64,000 nucleotides of DNA, from positions 57,123 to 121,122 of the forward strand of contig CAYLTD010000008.1 of assembly GCA_964386715.1 (NCBI GenBank). Direction: 5' to 3'. Shown in pieces: positions 7,337-17,345 of the stretch (its first letter is position 1; each line of letters begins with the position of its first letter). The stretch comes from an uncultured Bifidobacterium sp. (GTDB lineage Bacteria > Acidobacteriota > Vicinamibacteria > Vicinamibacterales > CAVVIG01). The translations under genes were made by a program, and so were the position numbers. The notes below the pieces were generated by a model. The model had not been told where the DNA came from and made no database searches. It was given only the letters and a program-made list of their open reading frames with translations.

Positions 7337-10300
7337 TCAGTAGAAGTCGTGAGCATCGAACTCCACCGACAGCCCCGACAGGCCCTGGATGACCTCCGCA
7401 CGGACCGAGGTGACATCGTCCTGGTTCTGCAGCACGCCTTCGACCAGCAGGAACGGCTCCTCGACGATGACGAGGCGTTCGCGGGTGAAGAGGTCGGGGC
7501 GCACGATGATGTTGGCGATCCCGGATTCGTCCTCCAGCGTGAGGAACACGAACCCCTTCGCGGTGCCGGGCCGCTGGCGCGTGATCACCATGCCGGCGAC
7601 CCGCACGCGGCGCCCGGGCCGGGCCGCCCGCAGATCGACGGCGCGGAGGACACCGCGCATCGCCAGTTCGTGGCGGCGCAGGGCCATCGGATGACGCCCG
7701 ACGGTCAGGCCCGTTCCGGCGTAGTCGGCCACGACCCGTTCCGCCTCGGTCATCGGCTTCAGCGGGCAGGCCTCGGCATCCTCCCCGCCGCGGATGTCCT
7801 CCGGTGTGTCGACCGGGCTGGCAGTGCCGCGATCGGCACGCGGCAACGGAGTGGCTGGCCTCGACGTGTCAGCCGACGTGAACGGATCGGCCGGCATCGA
7901 CACATCGGCCGGCGTGAGCGACGTGAACGGATTGGCCGGCTGGAACGGATCGACCGAGGTATCGACCAGCGGCCCGTCGGCGAACAAGGCGCCGGCGGGC
8001 CGGACCGCACGTTCGGCCTGCCAGAGCGCGGACCGGCGGTCGTAGCCGAACGAATTCAGCGCCCCGATGTCGGCCAGCGTGACGATCTCGTCGCGCCGCA
8101 CCCCCGTGCGGGCGACGAGGTCGTCGAGCGATGCGAACCGTGGCGGCCGCCGGTGGCCGGGGACCCAGTCGTGCGAGCAGTTGTTGCAGAAGTACGTCCC
8201 CGGCCGCGCGCCGCGCCCCTCGACCGGCTCGAGCATGGAGGGGTCGTCGCAGCCGCACTTCGGGCAGATGTACGCGGGGTCGGCCTCGATGCGGGCCGAC
8301 CCGGCCGCGTGGCGCGCAGGCGCGGTCGTACGCGTGCGCTGTGCCGCAATCGCACGGCCGACCTCCGCGCGCAATCCGGTGACGTAGCGCAGCCCGAGCC
8401 GGATGGCGCCGTCCGGCTCCACCGTGCAGTCCCAGTCGGAGCGCTGCACGTCGATGGGTTGAAAACGCACGCCGCGCCGCTGCGCATCCTTCACCAGCGT
8501 CGAGGGGTGATAGAAGCCCATCGGCTGGTTGTTGAGCAGCGCGGTGTAGAACGCCGCCGGGTAATGCACCTTGAGATAAGCGCTGGCGTAGGCCAACAGC
8601 GCGAAGCTGGCTGCATGCGACTCCGGAAACCCGTACAGCGCGAACGAGGTGATCGAGAGGATGATCTGCTCCATCGCCGCGGGCGCGATGCCCTGCCGTG
8701 CCATCCCCTCACGCAGCTGCACCTCGATCTGGCGCATGCGTTTTTCGGAGCGCTTGAAACCCATCGCCCGCCGCAGTTCTTCGGCCTGCCCCCCGGTGAA
8801 CCCGGCCGCCACCATCGCCATGCGCAGCAGCTGCTCCTGGAACAGCGGCACACCCAGGGTCCGTGCCAGGATGGGCTCGAGCGAGGGATGCGGGTATACG
8901 ACCGGCTCGCGTGCCGCGCGGCGGTTCAGGTACGGGTGCACCATCTGCCCCACGATGGGCCCGGGACGGATGATGGCCACCTGCACGACGAGGTCGTAGA
9001 AGGTGACCGGCTTCAGCCGCGGCAGCGTGGCCATCTGCGCGCGCGACTCGACCTGGAAGACCCCGATCGTGTCGGCCGCCTGCAGCATGCGGTAGACCGC
9101 GGGATCGTCAGCCGGCAGGTGTGCGAGGTCCACGCGCGGCCGCCGCGCGGCGCCCGGCGCGGGGGCGGGAGGCAGGCTCCGGATCTCGGCCTCCGCGGCC
9201 TGGCCGACGGGCAGGTGCCGGGAGTCAGGCTCCTGGCCCTGCTCGAGAGTATGGCCGTTGACCAGAGCCAGCGCATCCTGGATGGCCGCCATCATGCCGA
9301 GGCCCAGGAGATCCACCTTCACGATCCCCATGTCGGCGCAGTCGTCCTTGTCCCACTGCACCACCACGCGTCCCGGCATGCTGGCGGGCTCGAGCGGCAC
9401 GACCGAATCGAGCCGCCCCTGGCAGATCACCATGCCGCCGGAGTGCTGGCCGAGGTGGCGCGGCAGGTCCTGCATCTCCTGCCACAGCTGCGCGAAGAGC
9501 TGCACGCGGCGGGCATTGATGTCGAGGCCGACCGAGGCCAGGTGCCGCGACAGGGTGTCGCCGGCATCCACGAACTCGAACTGGTGCATCACCTTCGCGA
9601 GCCGATCGACCTGCGCGGCCTCGAAGCCGAGAGCCTTGCCCACTTCGCGGGCTGCGCTGCGGGTGCGGTACGTGATCACGTTGGCGGTCATCGCCGCACC
9701 GAGGCGGCCGTACTTCTCGTACACGTGCTGGATGACGCGCTCGCGCCGGTCGCCGCTCGGCAGGTCGAGATCGATGTCCGGCCACTCGCCACGCTCCTCC
9801 GAGAGGAAGCGCTCGAACAGCAGATCCATGCCGACCGGGTCGACCGCGGTGATCCCGAGGCTGTAGCACACCGCGCTGTTGGCCGCGGAGCCGCGCCCCT
9901 GCACGAGGATGTCGTGCTGGCGGCAGTAGTTCACGATGTCCCACACGATGAGGAAGTAGCCGGCCAGCTGCAGCTTCTCGATCAGGTCGAGTTCGCGCGC
10001 CACCTGCGCGCGCGCGCGGTCGTGGAACGGGCGGTACCGATCGCGCGCCCCGACCTCGGTGATGCGGCGGAGGAACGAGATCTGCGTCTCGCCCGGCGGG
10101 ACCGGAAAGTCGGGAAACCGGTAGCCGAGATCGGCCATCGTGAACTGCAGGCGCTCGGCGAGCGCCTGCGTGTAGGCCACCGCCTGCGGATGATCGGCAA
10201 ACAGCGCGGCCATTTCCTCGGGCGGCTTCAGGTACCGCTCGGCGTTGGGCGCGAGGCGGCGGCCGGCCCGCGCGAGGTCCGTGTGGTGGTGAATGCAGGT

Positions 10301-10936
10301 CAGAACGTCGAACAGCGGCCGGGCCGAGGGCGAGGCGAACCGCACCCCGTTGGTGGCGAGCAACGGGACACGGAACGCCTCGGCCATGGCCACGAGCGTC
10401 TGGTTGTCGGCCTCTTCGTCACGGCGCAGGTGCCGCTGCAACTCGATGCAGGTGCGATCGCGCCCGAACACCCCGACAATCCGGTCGAGCAGGCCGGCCA
10501 CGCCGAAATGGTGCGTATCGAGAGCCGCCCTGCCGACCAGAGCCACCAGGCCCCCCGTCGTGCCGTCCAGCGCTTCGATTGTTAGGGCTCCTGCCCCCTT
10601 CGGCGCATCGAGTTTCATCCGGGTGATGAGGCGACAGAGGTTCCGGTACCCCTCTGCGCTTTCACACAGGACCGGCAGCACGAAGGTCGGAGGGTCCATC
10701 TGCCGATCGCGCCCCGGCCAGTCCAGGGCGATTGATAGCTCGGCGCCAACTATTGGTCGAATGCCTGCCGAAACAGCGGCCTTGTGGAATCGAGGAATCC
10801 CGTAGACCCCATCACGATCCAACAAGGCAATAGTCGAATACCCTAATTCTGCCGCTCTCTCGATCAGGCCCTCAGGCAGGGACGCTCCCTGAAGAAAACT
10901 GAACGCCGAGGCGGCGTGAAGCTCCACATACGACAC
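7337..10936 (-). CDS. dnaE2: error-prone DNA polymerase III alpha subunit DnaE2 (ImuC)
   Basis: N-terminal PHP signature YVELHAASAFSFLQGAS, polymerase core GVFQVESR and a C-terminal OB-fold (QRPGTAKGFVFLTLEDESG). Last gene of an imuA-imuB cassette. GTG start. Confidence 0.95.
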   Translation of the reverse strand: MSYVELHAASAFSFLQGASLPEGLIERAAELGYSTIALLDRDGVYGIPRFHKAAVSAGIRPIVGAELSIALDWPGRDRQMDPPTFVLPVLCESAEGYRNLCRLITRMKLDAPKGAGALTIEALDGTTGGLVALVGRAALDTHHFGVAGLLDRIVGVFGRDRTCIELQRHLRRDEEADNQTLVAMAEAFRVPLLATNGVRFASPSARPLFDVLTCIHHHTDLARAGRRLAPNAERYLKPPEEMAALFADHPQAVAYTQALAERLQFTMADLGYRFPDFPVPPGETQISFLRRITEVGARDRYRPFHDRARAQVARELDLIEKLQLAGYFLIVWDIVNYCRQHDILVQGRGSAANSAVCYSLGITAVDPVGMDLLFERFLSEERGEWPDIDLDLPSGDRRERVIQHVYEKYGRLGAAMTANVITYRTRSAAREVGKALGFEAAQVDRLAKVMHQFEFVDAGDTLSRHLASVGLDINARRVQLFAQLWQEMQDLPRHLGQHSGGMVICQGRLDSVVPLEPASMPGRVVVQWDKDDCADMGIVKVDLLGLGMMAAIQDALALVNGHTLEQGQEPDSRHLPVGQAAEAEIRSLPPAPAPGAARRPRVDLAHLPADDPAVYRMLQAADTIGVFQVESRAQMATLPRLKPVTFYDLVVQVAIIRPGPIVGQMVHPYLNRRAAREPVVYPHPSLEPILARTLGVPLFQEQLLRMAMVAAGFTGGQAEELRRAMGFKRSEKRMRQIEVQLREGMARQGIAPAAMEQIILSITSFALYGFPESHAASFALLAYASAYLKVHYPAAFYTALLNNQPMGFYHPSTLVKDAQRRGVRFQPIDVQRSDWDCTVEPDGAIRLGLRYVTGLRAEVGRAIAAQRTRTTAPARHAAGSARIEADPAYICPKCGCDDPSMLEPVEGRGARPGTYFCNNCSHDWVPGHRRPPRFASLDDLVARTGVRRDEIVTLADIGALNSFGYDRRSALWQAERAVRPAGALFADGPLVDTSVDPFQPANPFTSLTPADVSMPADPFTSADTSRPATPLPRADRGTASPVDTPEDIRGGEDAEACPLKPMTEAERVVADYAGTGLTVGRHPMALRRHELAMRGVLRAVDLRAARPGRRVRVAGMVITRQRPGTAKGFVFLTLEDESGIANIIVRPDLFTRERLVIVEEPFLLVEGVLQNQDDVTSVRAEVIQGLSGLSVEFDAHDFY

Positions 10937-10963
10937 GGACGCACCAGGAATGGAGGCGAGCGC

Positions 10964-12460
10964 TCAATCCACGATGGCGTCGATGAACCATCCCTCGGTA
11001 AGACGGTCCTTGAAAATTCGGTAGACCGCCCCATCATCGAGCGCCACTTCCCATTCATCCCGGTTCCAGGGACCGGCATCCATCCGGGATCGCCTGGCCG
11101 GGTCGTCGCCGTCTTCCCACCAGGCGCCCGACGTCCGCCAGGGCCCGGCGCACCGGACGACCGCGCCCCCGGCAAACCCCCGCCGCTCCGTGGACACCCG
11201 CACCGGCCGCGCCTGCGCGTTCACGGCGACCCGCGCCGGCACCGGTTGCCGGCATCGCCGCAGCGCGGCCACCGGCGTCTCGACCTCCGCCGCCGCTGCA
11301 TCGGGCCGCGCTTCCGGGTGGTCGGTCGCAAACGAGACGACGCGGCAGGCCCCTGGACGGAACGAGTCCACGGTCGCCGGCGCGCCGATGCGGTCCTGCC
11401 CCATCAACGCGGCGAGACGGGCGAGCAGCGTGGACACCTGCTCGGGAGTTGGGTGCGGCCGCGCGAAGAGGGCATGCTGCAGGATGCGGCCGGGTGTCGG
11501 CTCGATCGTGACCGTGACCCGGTCAACGGCAGCCCCCGGCGGACGGGTCTCGAGATCGAGCAGCGCCAGCGTTCGCAGCGTCCGCACATCCCGCATCGGC
11601 GAGGGCAGCTCGAGACGGCACGTATGCAGGTCGCGCGTGACCAGGCGCAGCGCGACGTGCAGCACGGCAGCCCCGCGATCCCGCCGCTCCAGCCGGGTGG
11701 ACAACGGCTCGAGCAGGCGCGTGAGCACGAAAGAGAGCGGCTCGTGTCCATCCACCGGCCACTCCAGCTCCATCGTCGATTCGAACCGCTCGTCCTCCAC
11801 CACCGGGACCAGCGGGCGCAGTTCCTGGCCGCGCGCGAGGGCCTGCCAGATCCGCCCGCCGCGCCCCAGGCGCGCGGACAGGTCGGCGGCCGGCAGCGCA
11901 GCCAGTTCGCCGAGCGTCCGGAGCCCCCAGCGTTTCAACGACACGATGGCGGCCCGTGCGTCCTCCGCCTGAAGGCGGAGCTGCGTGGCGCTGCCGGCGG
12001 CCGGCCGCGGGTCCTCGCCCAGCTGCTCGAGCACACCGAGCGGCACCACCGCGAGCGCCGCCGCCTGCTCGGTCGACGACACAACCGTGAGCCCCGCTCG
12101 AGCCACGGCGAGCACGAGCGCCGCCGTGCGCGACGGGGCCACCGCGATGTGGAGCCGCAGCCCGCGAGCTGCGGCCTGCAGCCGCAGTTCCTCGCCAATG
12201 GCCCGCGGCGCCCCGAACAGCCGGGCGAGCCCACGCAGGTCGACCGTCACGAGGTCGGCGCGATGCTGCTCGAACCGCGGCGAGAAATCGGCCGCAATCG
12301 CCAGCAGCGGCGAGACACGCGGCTGGCTGGCCGCCCCCGGCGAGCCCTCCGCGAGACCGACCGACGCCGGCCCGGGCTCCTGCCCGGGCACCACCGTCCC
12401 TGGCAGCGGCGGTTGATAGAGGCACGCATGAAGGGGCGCGTCCGGCCGTGCGTCAGACAT
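10964..12460 (-). CDS. imuB: ImuB, Y-family-polymerase-like accessory protein
   Basis: Start at ATG 12460 (MSDARPDAPLHACLY). Lies between imuA and dnaE2. IMS/UmuC-like N-terminal half (LLAIAADFSPR, VDLRGLARLFG). Confidence 0.8.
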   Translation of the reverse strand: MSDARPDAPLHACLYQPPLPGTVVPGQEPGPASVGLAEGSPGAASQPRVSPLLAIAADFSPRFEQHRADLVTVDLRGLARLFGAPRAIGEELRLQAAARGLRLHIAVAPSRTAALVLAVARAGLTVVSSTEQAAALAVVPLGVLEQLGEDPRPAAGSATQLRLQAEDARAAIVSLKRWGLRTLGELAALPAADLSARLGRGGRIWQALARGQELRPLVPVVEDERFESTMELEWPVDGHEPLSFVLTRLLEPLSTRLERRDRGAAVLHVALRLVTRDLHTCRLELPSPMRDVRTLRTLALLDLETRPPGAAVDRVTVTIEPTPGRILQHALFARPHPTPEQVSTLLARLAALMGQDRIGAPATVDSFRPGACRVVSFATDHPEARPDAAAAEVETPVAALRRCRQPVPARVAVNAQARPVRVSTERRGFAGGAVVRCAGPWRTSGAWWEDGDDPARRSRMDAGPWNRDEWEVALDDGAVYRIFKDRLTEGWFIDAIVD

Positions 12461-13220
12461 GGTGCGCGGCCTTCGTGCCGAGCGGCAGCGGCACCGTATC
12501 CTGCGCCTGCACACGCGCACGTGACACGCGCGCGGCCAGCGCAAGGCCCTCGAACAGCTGCGGACTGAAGCGGGCGCCCCCCGCGCGTCCACCGGCCTCG
12601 AGGCGGATCGACAGGCCCGCCGCGCTGCGTGACATCGGCGCGTTCCCCACCAGCAGGGCCATCGTCTGGCTGCCCTCCACCATGCGCTGCAGCCGCAGCC
12701 AGGTCGTGAACGGCAGGCGCCGGATCGCATCCGCGGGCGCTTCGCTCACGTCGAACACCACCAGGCCGAAGTTACCCGCCTGCAGCACGAGCCCGAGCGC
12801 ACGGACCGCCTGCTCCATGGCCCGCTGGTTCAGGTCGCGGCACAGCCCGGGATTGGTGACGACGTGGCCGCGGATCCACAGCAGGCGCGACAGATCCACG
12901 CCGGCCGCCTGGGCCGACGCGGCGTCGAGCATGTCGAGCACGTCCACGATCGCCACCAGTTCCCCGCGCTGCGTCGCGGCAGCCATGGCCTGCAGCATCA
13001 GGCTGGTGCGGCCCGCCGAGCGCGGGCCGACGATCTCCGAGACGTGCCCGCGCGGGAGACCACCGCCGAGCCGCACATCGAGCGCCCCCACGCTGGTGGG
13101 GCCCGCAACCAGCGAGTCGTGGAGATCCCCCTGGGGCAGCGTGGTGGTGAGTGTCCGGTCGAGCCGCCGCGCACGGAGCGCGGAGACGAGGGTTTGGAGG
13201 TCGGCACGGGCGGGCAGCAT
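12453..13220 (-). CDS. imuA: ImuA, RecA-fold SOS mutagenesis / cell-division-inhibitor-like protein
   Basis: Start at ATG 13220 (MLPARADL). Walker-A-like GPRSAGRTSL. 8-nt overlap with the imuB start. First gene of the cassette. Confidence 0.75.
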   Translation of the reverse strand: MLPARADLQTLVSALRARRLDRTLTTTLPQGDLHDSLVAGPTSVGALDVRLGGGLPRGHVSEIVGPRSAGRTSLMLQAMAAATQRGELVAIVDVLDMLDAASAQAAGVDLSRLLWIRGHVVTNPGLCRDLNQRAMEQAVRALGLVLQAGNFGLVVFDVSEAPADAIRRLPFTTWLRLQRMVEGSQTMALLVGNAPMSRSAAGLSIRLEAGGRAGGARFSPQLFEGLALAARVSRARVQAQDTVPLPLGTKAAHHV

Positions 13221-13336
13221 GTTTTCGCCTTTTATTCGCCTACCCGCCGAACTATACCCGACGCGTTTCCGCGGATCAAGAAGCGTAGTGGAGTGGAGTA
13301 AGATGAGCGGCGCACGCGGACACCCTAAACTCCTGC

Positions 13337-14656
13337 GTGACAACAACTTTAGTGGCCGATTCCCTCCCAGCAGACGCAGGACCAGCCCCCGACACGACGT
13401 CGGTGACGCTCCTGGGCTCGAAAGCACTGCACCGGATGCTCGCGGCGTTCACGTACCGCGATTTCCGCGTGCAGTGGTTCGGCGCCTGTACCTCGAGCAT
13501 TGGCACGTGGGTCCAGATCACCGCCCAGAACTGGATGGTGCTCTCGCTCACCGGCTCGGCCTTCTACCTCGGGCTCGACTCGTTCCTGCAGCAGCTGCCC
13601 ATCATGCTGTTCACGCTGGTCGGCGGCGTCCTGGCCGATCGCCGCGATCGCCGCCGGACGCTCCTCGCCTCGCAGTACCTGCAGATGGCCACGGCGGTGA
13701 CGCTCGCGCTGCTCGTCTACTTCGACTACGTCACCATCACGCACATCCTCGTGCTCTCGTTCGTCACCGGCGTGGCGCAGGCCTTCGGCGGGCCCGCCTA
13801 CCAGTCGCTCGTCCCCTCGCTCGTGGACAAGAAGGACCTGCCGAACGCCGTCGCGCTCAACTCGATCCAGTTCAACGTGGCGCGCGTCATCGGGCCGCTG
13901 CTCTTCGGTGTCACGATCGCGGCCGCCGCCTCGTGGGGGCTGCCCGATCAGCAGGCGATGGCCCTGTGCTTCGCGCTCAACGCGGTGTCCTTCCTGGTCG
14001 TGATCTACACGCTGATGTCGCTGCGGGTGAAGTTCATCCCGCCTGCCCAGCAGAAGAGCATGCGCGACGAACTCGCCGGCGGCATTCACTACGTCCGCCA
14101 GCAGGGCGTGCTCCTCGCGCTCATCGTCCTGGCCGCGACGACGACCTTCCTCGGCTTCGCCGTGCTGACGTTCCTGCCGGTCTTCGCCAAGAGCGTGTTC
14201 CACGAAGGGGCGGACACCTACAGCCACCTGCTCGCCTTCTCGGGCGCGGGTTCGGTATTCGGCGCGCTGATCGTCGCGTGGCTCGGCAAGTTCCCGCGCA
14301 TGGGCCTGACGTCGCTCATCATGCAGGTCATCTACGGCCTGTTCATCATCGGCTTCGCGATGTCCAAGAACATCTGGATGAGCGGCATCCTGCTCTTCCT
14401 GACGGGCGCCGCGCTGATGATCGTCTTCTCGACGGTCACCTCGCTCGTCCAGCTCATTGCGCCCAACGAGATGCGCGGCCGCGTGATGAGCATCTACATG
14501 CTGGCGTTCCGTGGGGGCATGCCGCTCGGCAGCCTTGCCAGCGGCTGGGCCGCGACCTACATCAGCGCTCCTGCCGTGCTGCAGATCAACGGCGTGCTGC
14601 TCGTGGCCGTCGCCATCTACTTCCTGCTGCGCAGCCACGGAGTAAGGGAAATCTAG
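13337..14656 (+). CDS. MFS transporter (EntS/MFS_3-like)
   Basis: About 12 predicted TM segments. N-terminal FTYRDFRVQWFGACTSSIGTW and the DRRDRRRTL loop are typical of this MFS clade. The start is either GTG 13337 or ATG 13436. Confidence 0.85.
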   Translation: MTTTLVADSLPADAGPAPDTTSVTLLGSKALHRMLAAFTYRDFRVQWFGACTSSIGTWVQITAQNWMVLSLTGSAFYLGLDSFLQQLPIMLFTLVGGVLADRRDRRRTLLASQYLQMATAVTLALLVYFDYVTITHILVLSFVTGVAQAFGGPAYQSLVPSLVDKKDLPNAVALNSIQFNVARVIGPLLFGVTIAAAASWGLPDQQAMALCFALNAVSFLVVIYTLMSLRVKFIPPAQQKSMRDELAGGIHYVRQQGVLLALIVLAATTTFLGFAVLTFLPVFAKSVFHEGADTYSHLLAFSGAGSVFGALIVAWLGKFPRMGLTSLIMQVIYGLFIIGFAMSKNIWMSGILLFLTGAALMIVFSTVTSLVQLIAPNEMRGRVMSIYMLAFRGGMPLGSLASGWAATYISAPAVLQINGVLLVAVAIYFLLRSHGVREI

Positions 14657-14699
14657 GCAGGGGCCGGGGACGGGCGCCGGTGCACCGGTGCACGGCCTC

Positions 14700-17345
14700 C
14701 TATTCGTGCCTGAGCGCGACGGCCGGCTGCAGCCGGCTGGCGCGTATGGCGGGAATCGTCGACGCGCTCACCGCCGTCAGGAGCATGACGCCGGCCGTGA
14801 TGGCGAGCGCCGCGGGATCGAGCGGTGAGACCCCGTAGAGCAGCGTGCGAATGCTGGACCCGGCGAGCCAGGCCAGCGGAACCGCAGCGCCCAGCCCCAG
14901 GATGCCGAGCCAGACGGCGCGGCGGATCACGAGCAGCAGCAGGGTCCGCGGATGGGCCCCGAGTGCCAGCCGCACACCCAGTTCACCGCGCCGCTGCGCG
15001 ACGGCATACGCCATCACGCCGAAGACCCCGATGGCCGCGAGGGCGAGGGCCGTGGCGGCAAACAGCGCGACCACCGTCAGCTGGAAACGGCGCGCCTCGA
15101 GCGACCCCGCGATCACGTCGTCGAAGGTTTGGAACTGCGGAAGCGGCAGTTCGCCGTCGTGCGCGCGAATTGCCTCGCGCACGACAGGCGCGAGCCGCAG
15201 CGGCTCGCCGGTCGTCCTGACCATGATCGTCGCGGTACTCCGCGTCCGCTGCGGGAACGGCACGTACGCCGTCGGGGTCGGCGGCTGGTCGAGCGCCGTG
15301 CCACGCACATCGGTCACGATGCCGACGACCTCGAACTCCGGCGCCGCCGGATTGAGGCCGAACCGGAAACGGCGACCCAGGGGATCGAGGCCCGGCCAGG
15401 CCTGCGCCGCCAGGTGTTCCGACAGCACCGCGACGGCGCGATCGCCGTCCTTCGGCTCGAGGAGTCGGCCGCGCGTCGCGTGCAGGTTCAGCAGCGAAAA
15501 GTACGCAGGCGTCACGCTGCGCACGTCGGCGCTGGGACGTTCCGGGGCTGCGACCGTGGTGCCCGCCACCGACAGCGCGCTCAGCGCTCCCGTGCCGGTC
15601 AGCGGCAGTTGCGTCGTGATCGCGACGCCGACGACGCCGGGTCGCGCCCGCAGGTCATCGGCGAGCGCCGCGAAGAAGGCACCCTGCTGCTCTGGAGTGG
15701 CATAGCGGCTCAGTGGAACGCTGATGCTGGCCGTCAGAACGTGGCTGGCATCGAAGCCCTTGTCCACCGACGTCAGTTCGCGAAGGCTCTGGGCCAGCAG
15801 CAGGGTCACACCGAGGCACGCCGCACAGGCGCCGATTTCGCAGACGACCAGGGCGGCGTGCAGGCGCCCTGCCCCCGCGCCGTTCGTGCGACTGACCAGC
15901 CAGGCGCGCAGGTCGCCGCCCGCAAGCCGCCAGGCCGAGGGGATGCCGATGCCCAGGCCGCACGCCGTCGAGACGACGGCGGCAAACAGCAGGGCACGCC
16001 CGTCGAGTGCGAACTCGTCGAGCCGCGGCACGTCAGCCGGTGCGATCGCGACGATCGTACGAATCACGCCGTACGCCACGGCGAGGCCGAGGGTGCCGCC
16101 AACCGCGCCGAGCACGAGGTTCTCGACGACGATCTGGCGCATCAGACGCCAGCGGCCCGCCCCGAGCGCGGCACGGATGGCCAGCTCTCGACGGCGGGCC
16201 AGCAGCCGCGCCAGGAGCAGGTTGGTCGTGTTGATGCAGCCGATGAGAAGCACGGCGGCCGTGGCGCCCATCAGCAGGAACAGCGTGGTCCGCGATCGGC
16301 TGGCCATCTGGTCCTGCAGCGGGACGATCCGGGCGTAGAGGTCGGCCTTCGCCGGGACGGCGCGGCGCAGTTCTGCCTGCACGGCATCGAGTTCCTGTTG
16401 CGCGCGCTCGATCGACACGCCCGCCTTCAGCTTCGTGACGGCCGGGTAGCTGTAGCCGCCCGCCGCGACCCGGTCTTCGGGGGCCACGGCCAGCGGCTTC
16501 CATGCCTGCACGACCATTTCGGGCATCGGGATCGCGTAGAGGTGCCGGAGGTCGGGCGCGCGGAACCGCGGGTGCAGGACGCCGATCACCTGGTGCGGAC
16601 GGCCATCGAGCGAGATCACCCGCCCCACGATGTCCGGATCGCCGGCGAAGCGTCGCTTCCACAGCCCCTCGCTCAGCAGCAGCACATCGTCTGCGCCGCG
16701 CTGCGCTTCGCTGTCGGTCGGCAACCTGCCGAGCCGCACCTCCGCCCCAAGCATCGCGAGCAGGCCCGGCGACGCAAGGCCGACCTGGAGCCGCTCGGGC
16801 TCACCGGCCCCGGTGAGGTTCATGAAGGTCGCGAGCACCAGCGCGACCGGCTCGAACGACGTCACGTGACGTGACCAGAACTCGGCGTCGGCCACGCTGG
16901 CGGGGAACGGTCCGAACCGGGGAAATCCCTCGTGGACGACGACCAGGCGATCCCCGTCGGGATAGGGCAGCGCGCGGAACGCGACGACATCGAGCACGCT
17001 GAAGATGCCGGTGGTGCCGCCGATCCCGATGGCGAGCGTCAACAATGCGGCGGCCGCGAACGAGCGGGATGCCCGGAGCTGTCGCAGGGCGGAGCGAACG
17101 TCCCCGCGCAGCGTGTCGAGCGCCACCCACCCCCGCGCGTCACGTGCCGATTCACGTACCCGATCGACGCTGCCAAACGCCCGGCGGGCCTGGATGCGGG
17201 CCTCTGCCGGGGAGCAGCCCCTGGCGCGAAACTCGCCCTCGAGCATCTCGAGGTGCAGCGCGATTTCGTCGCGGAGCCGGGCGTCGGCGCGGCCGCGGTC
17301 TGCGAGCGCGCGACACTTCGCCAGTGCGGTGCGCAGGCCGCTCAC
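14700..17345 (-). CDS. ADOP-type duplicated FtsX/MacB-like permease
   Basis: Start reassigned to GTG 17345 (GTGA overlap with the padR stop). N-terminal amphipathic helix (DEIALHLEMLEGEF), two FtsX halves, large periplasmic domains. Confidence 0.85.
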   Translation of the reverse strand: MSGLRTALAKCRALADRGRADARLRDEIALHLEMLEGEFRARGCSPAEARIQARRAFGSVDRVRESARDARGWVALDTLRGDVRSALRQLRASRSFAAAALLTLAIGIGGTTGIFSVLDVVAFRALPYPDGDRLVVVHEGFPRFGPFPASVADAEFWSRHVTSFEPVALVLATFMNLTGAGEPERLQVGLASPGLLAMLGAEVRLGRLPTDSEAQRGADDVLLLSEGLWKRRFAGDPDIVGRVISLDGRPHQVIGVLHPRFRAPDLRHLYAIPMPEMVVQAWKPLAVAPEDRVAAGGYSYPAVTKLKAGVSIERAQQELDAVQAELRRAVPAKADLYARIVPLQDQMASRSRTTLFLLMGATAAVLLIGCINTTNLLLARLLARRRELAIRAALGAGRWRLMRQIVVENLVLGAVGGTLGLAVAYGVIRTIVAIAPADVPRLDEFALDGRALLFAAVVSTACGLGIGIPSAWRLAGGDLRAWLVSRTNGAGAGRLHAALVVCEIGACAACLGVTLLLAQSLRELTSVDKGFDASHVLTASISVPLSRYATPEQQGAFFAALADDLRARPGVVGVAITTQLPLTGTGALSALSVAGTTVAAPERPSADVRSVTPAYFSLLNLHATRGRLLEPKDGDRAVAVLSEHLAAQAWPGLDPLGRRFRFGLNPAAPEFEVVGIVTDVRGTALDQPPTPTAYVPFPQRTRSTATIMVRTTGEPLRLAPVVREAIRAHDGELPLPQFQTFDDVIAGSLEARRFQLTVVALFAATALALAAIGVFGVMAYAVAQRRGELGVRLALGAHPRTLLLLVIRRAVWLGILGLGAAVPLAWLAGSSIRTLLYGVSPLDPAALAITAGVMLLTAVSASTIPAIRASRLQPAVALRHE

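Noticed and set aside
7241-10585. 1114-aa ORF antisense to dnaE2
   Set aside because: It lies entirely within the well-supported dnaE2 CDS on the opposite strand. Its composition is Arg/His/Gly-rich and it has no motifs. This is a high-GC artefact.
13221-13336. LexA/SOS box upstream of imuA
   Set aside because: I looked for GTTC-N7-GTTC, GAAC-N4-GTTC and CTGT-N8-ACAG types. I found only GAAC-N7-GACG and CGAAC-N12-GTTTC, and neither is convincing. An SOS box is expected here but I cannot support one by eye.
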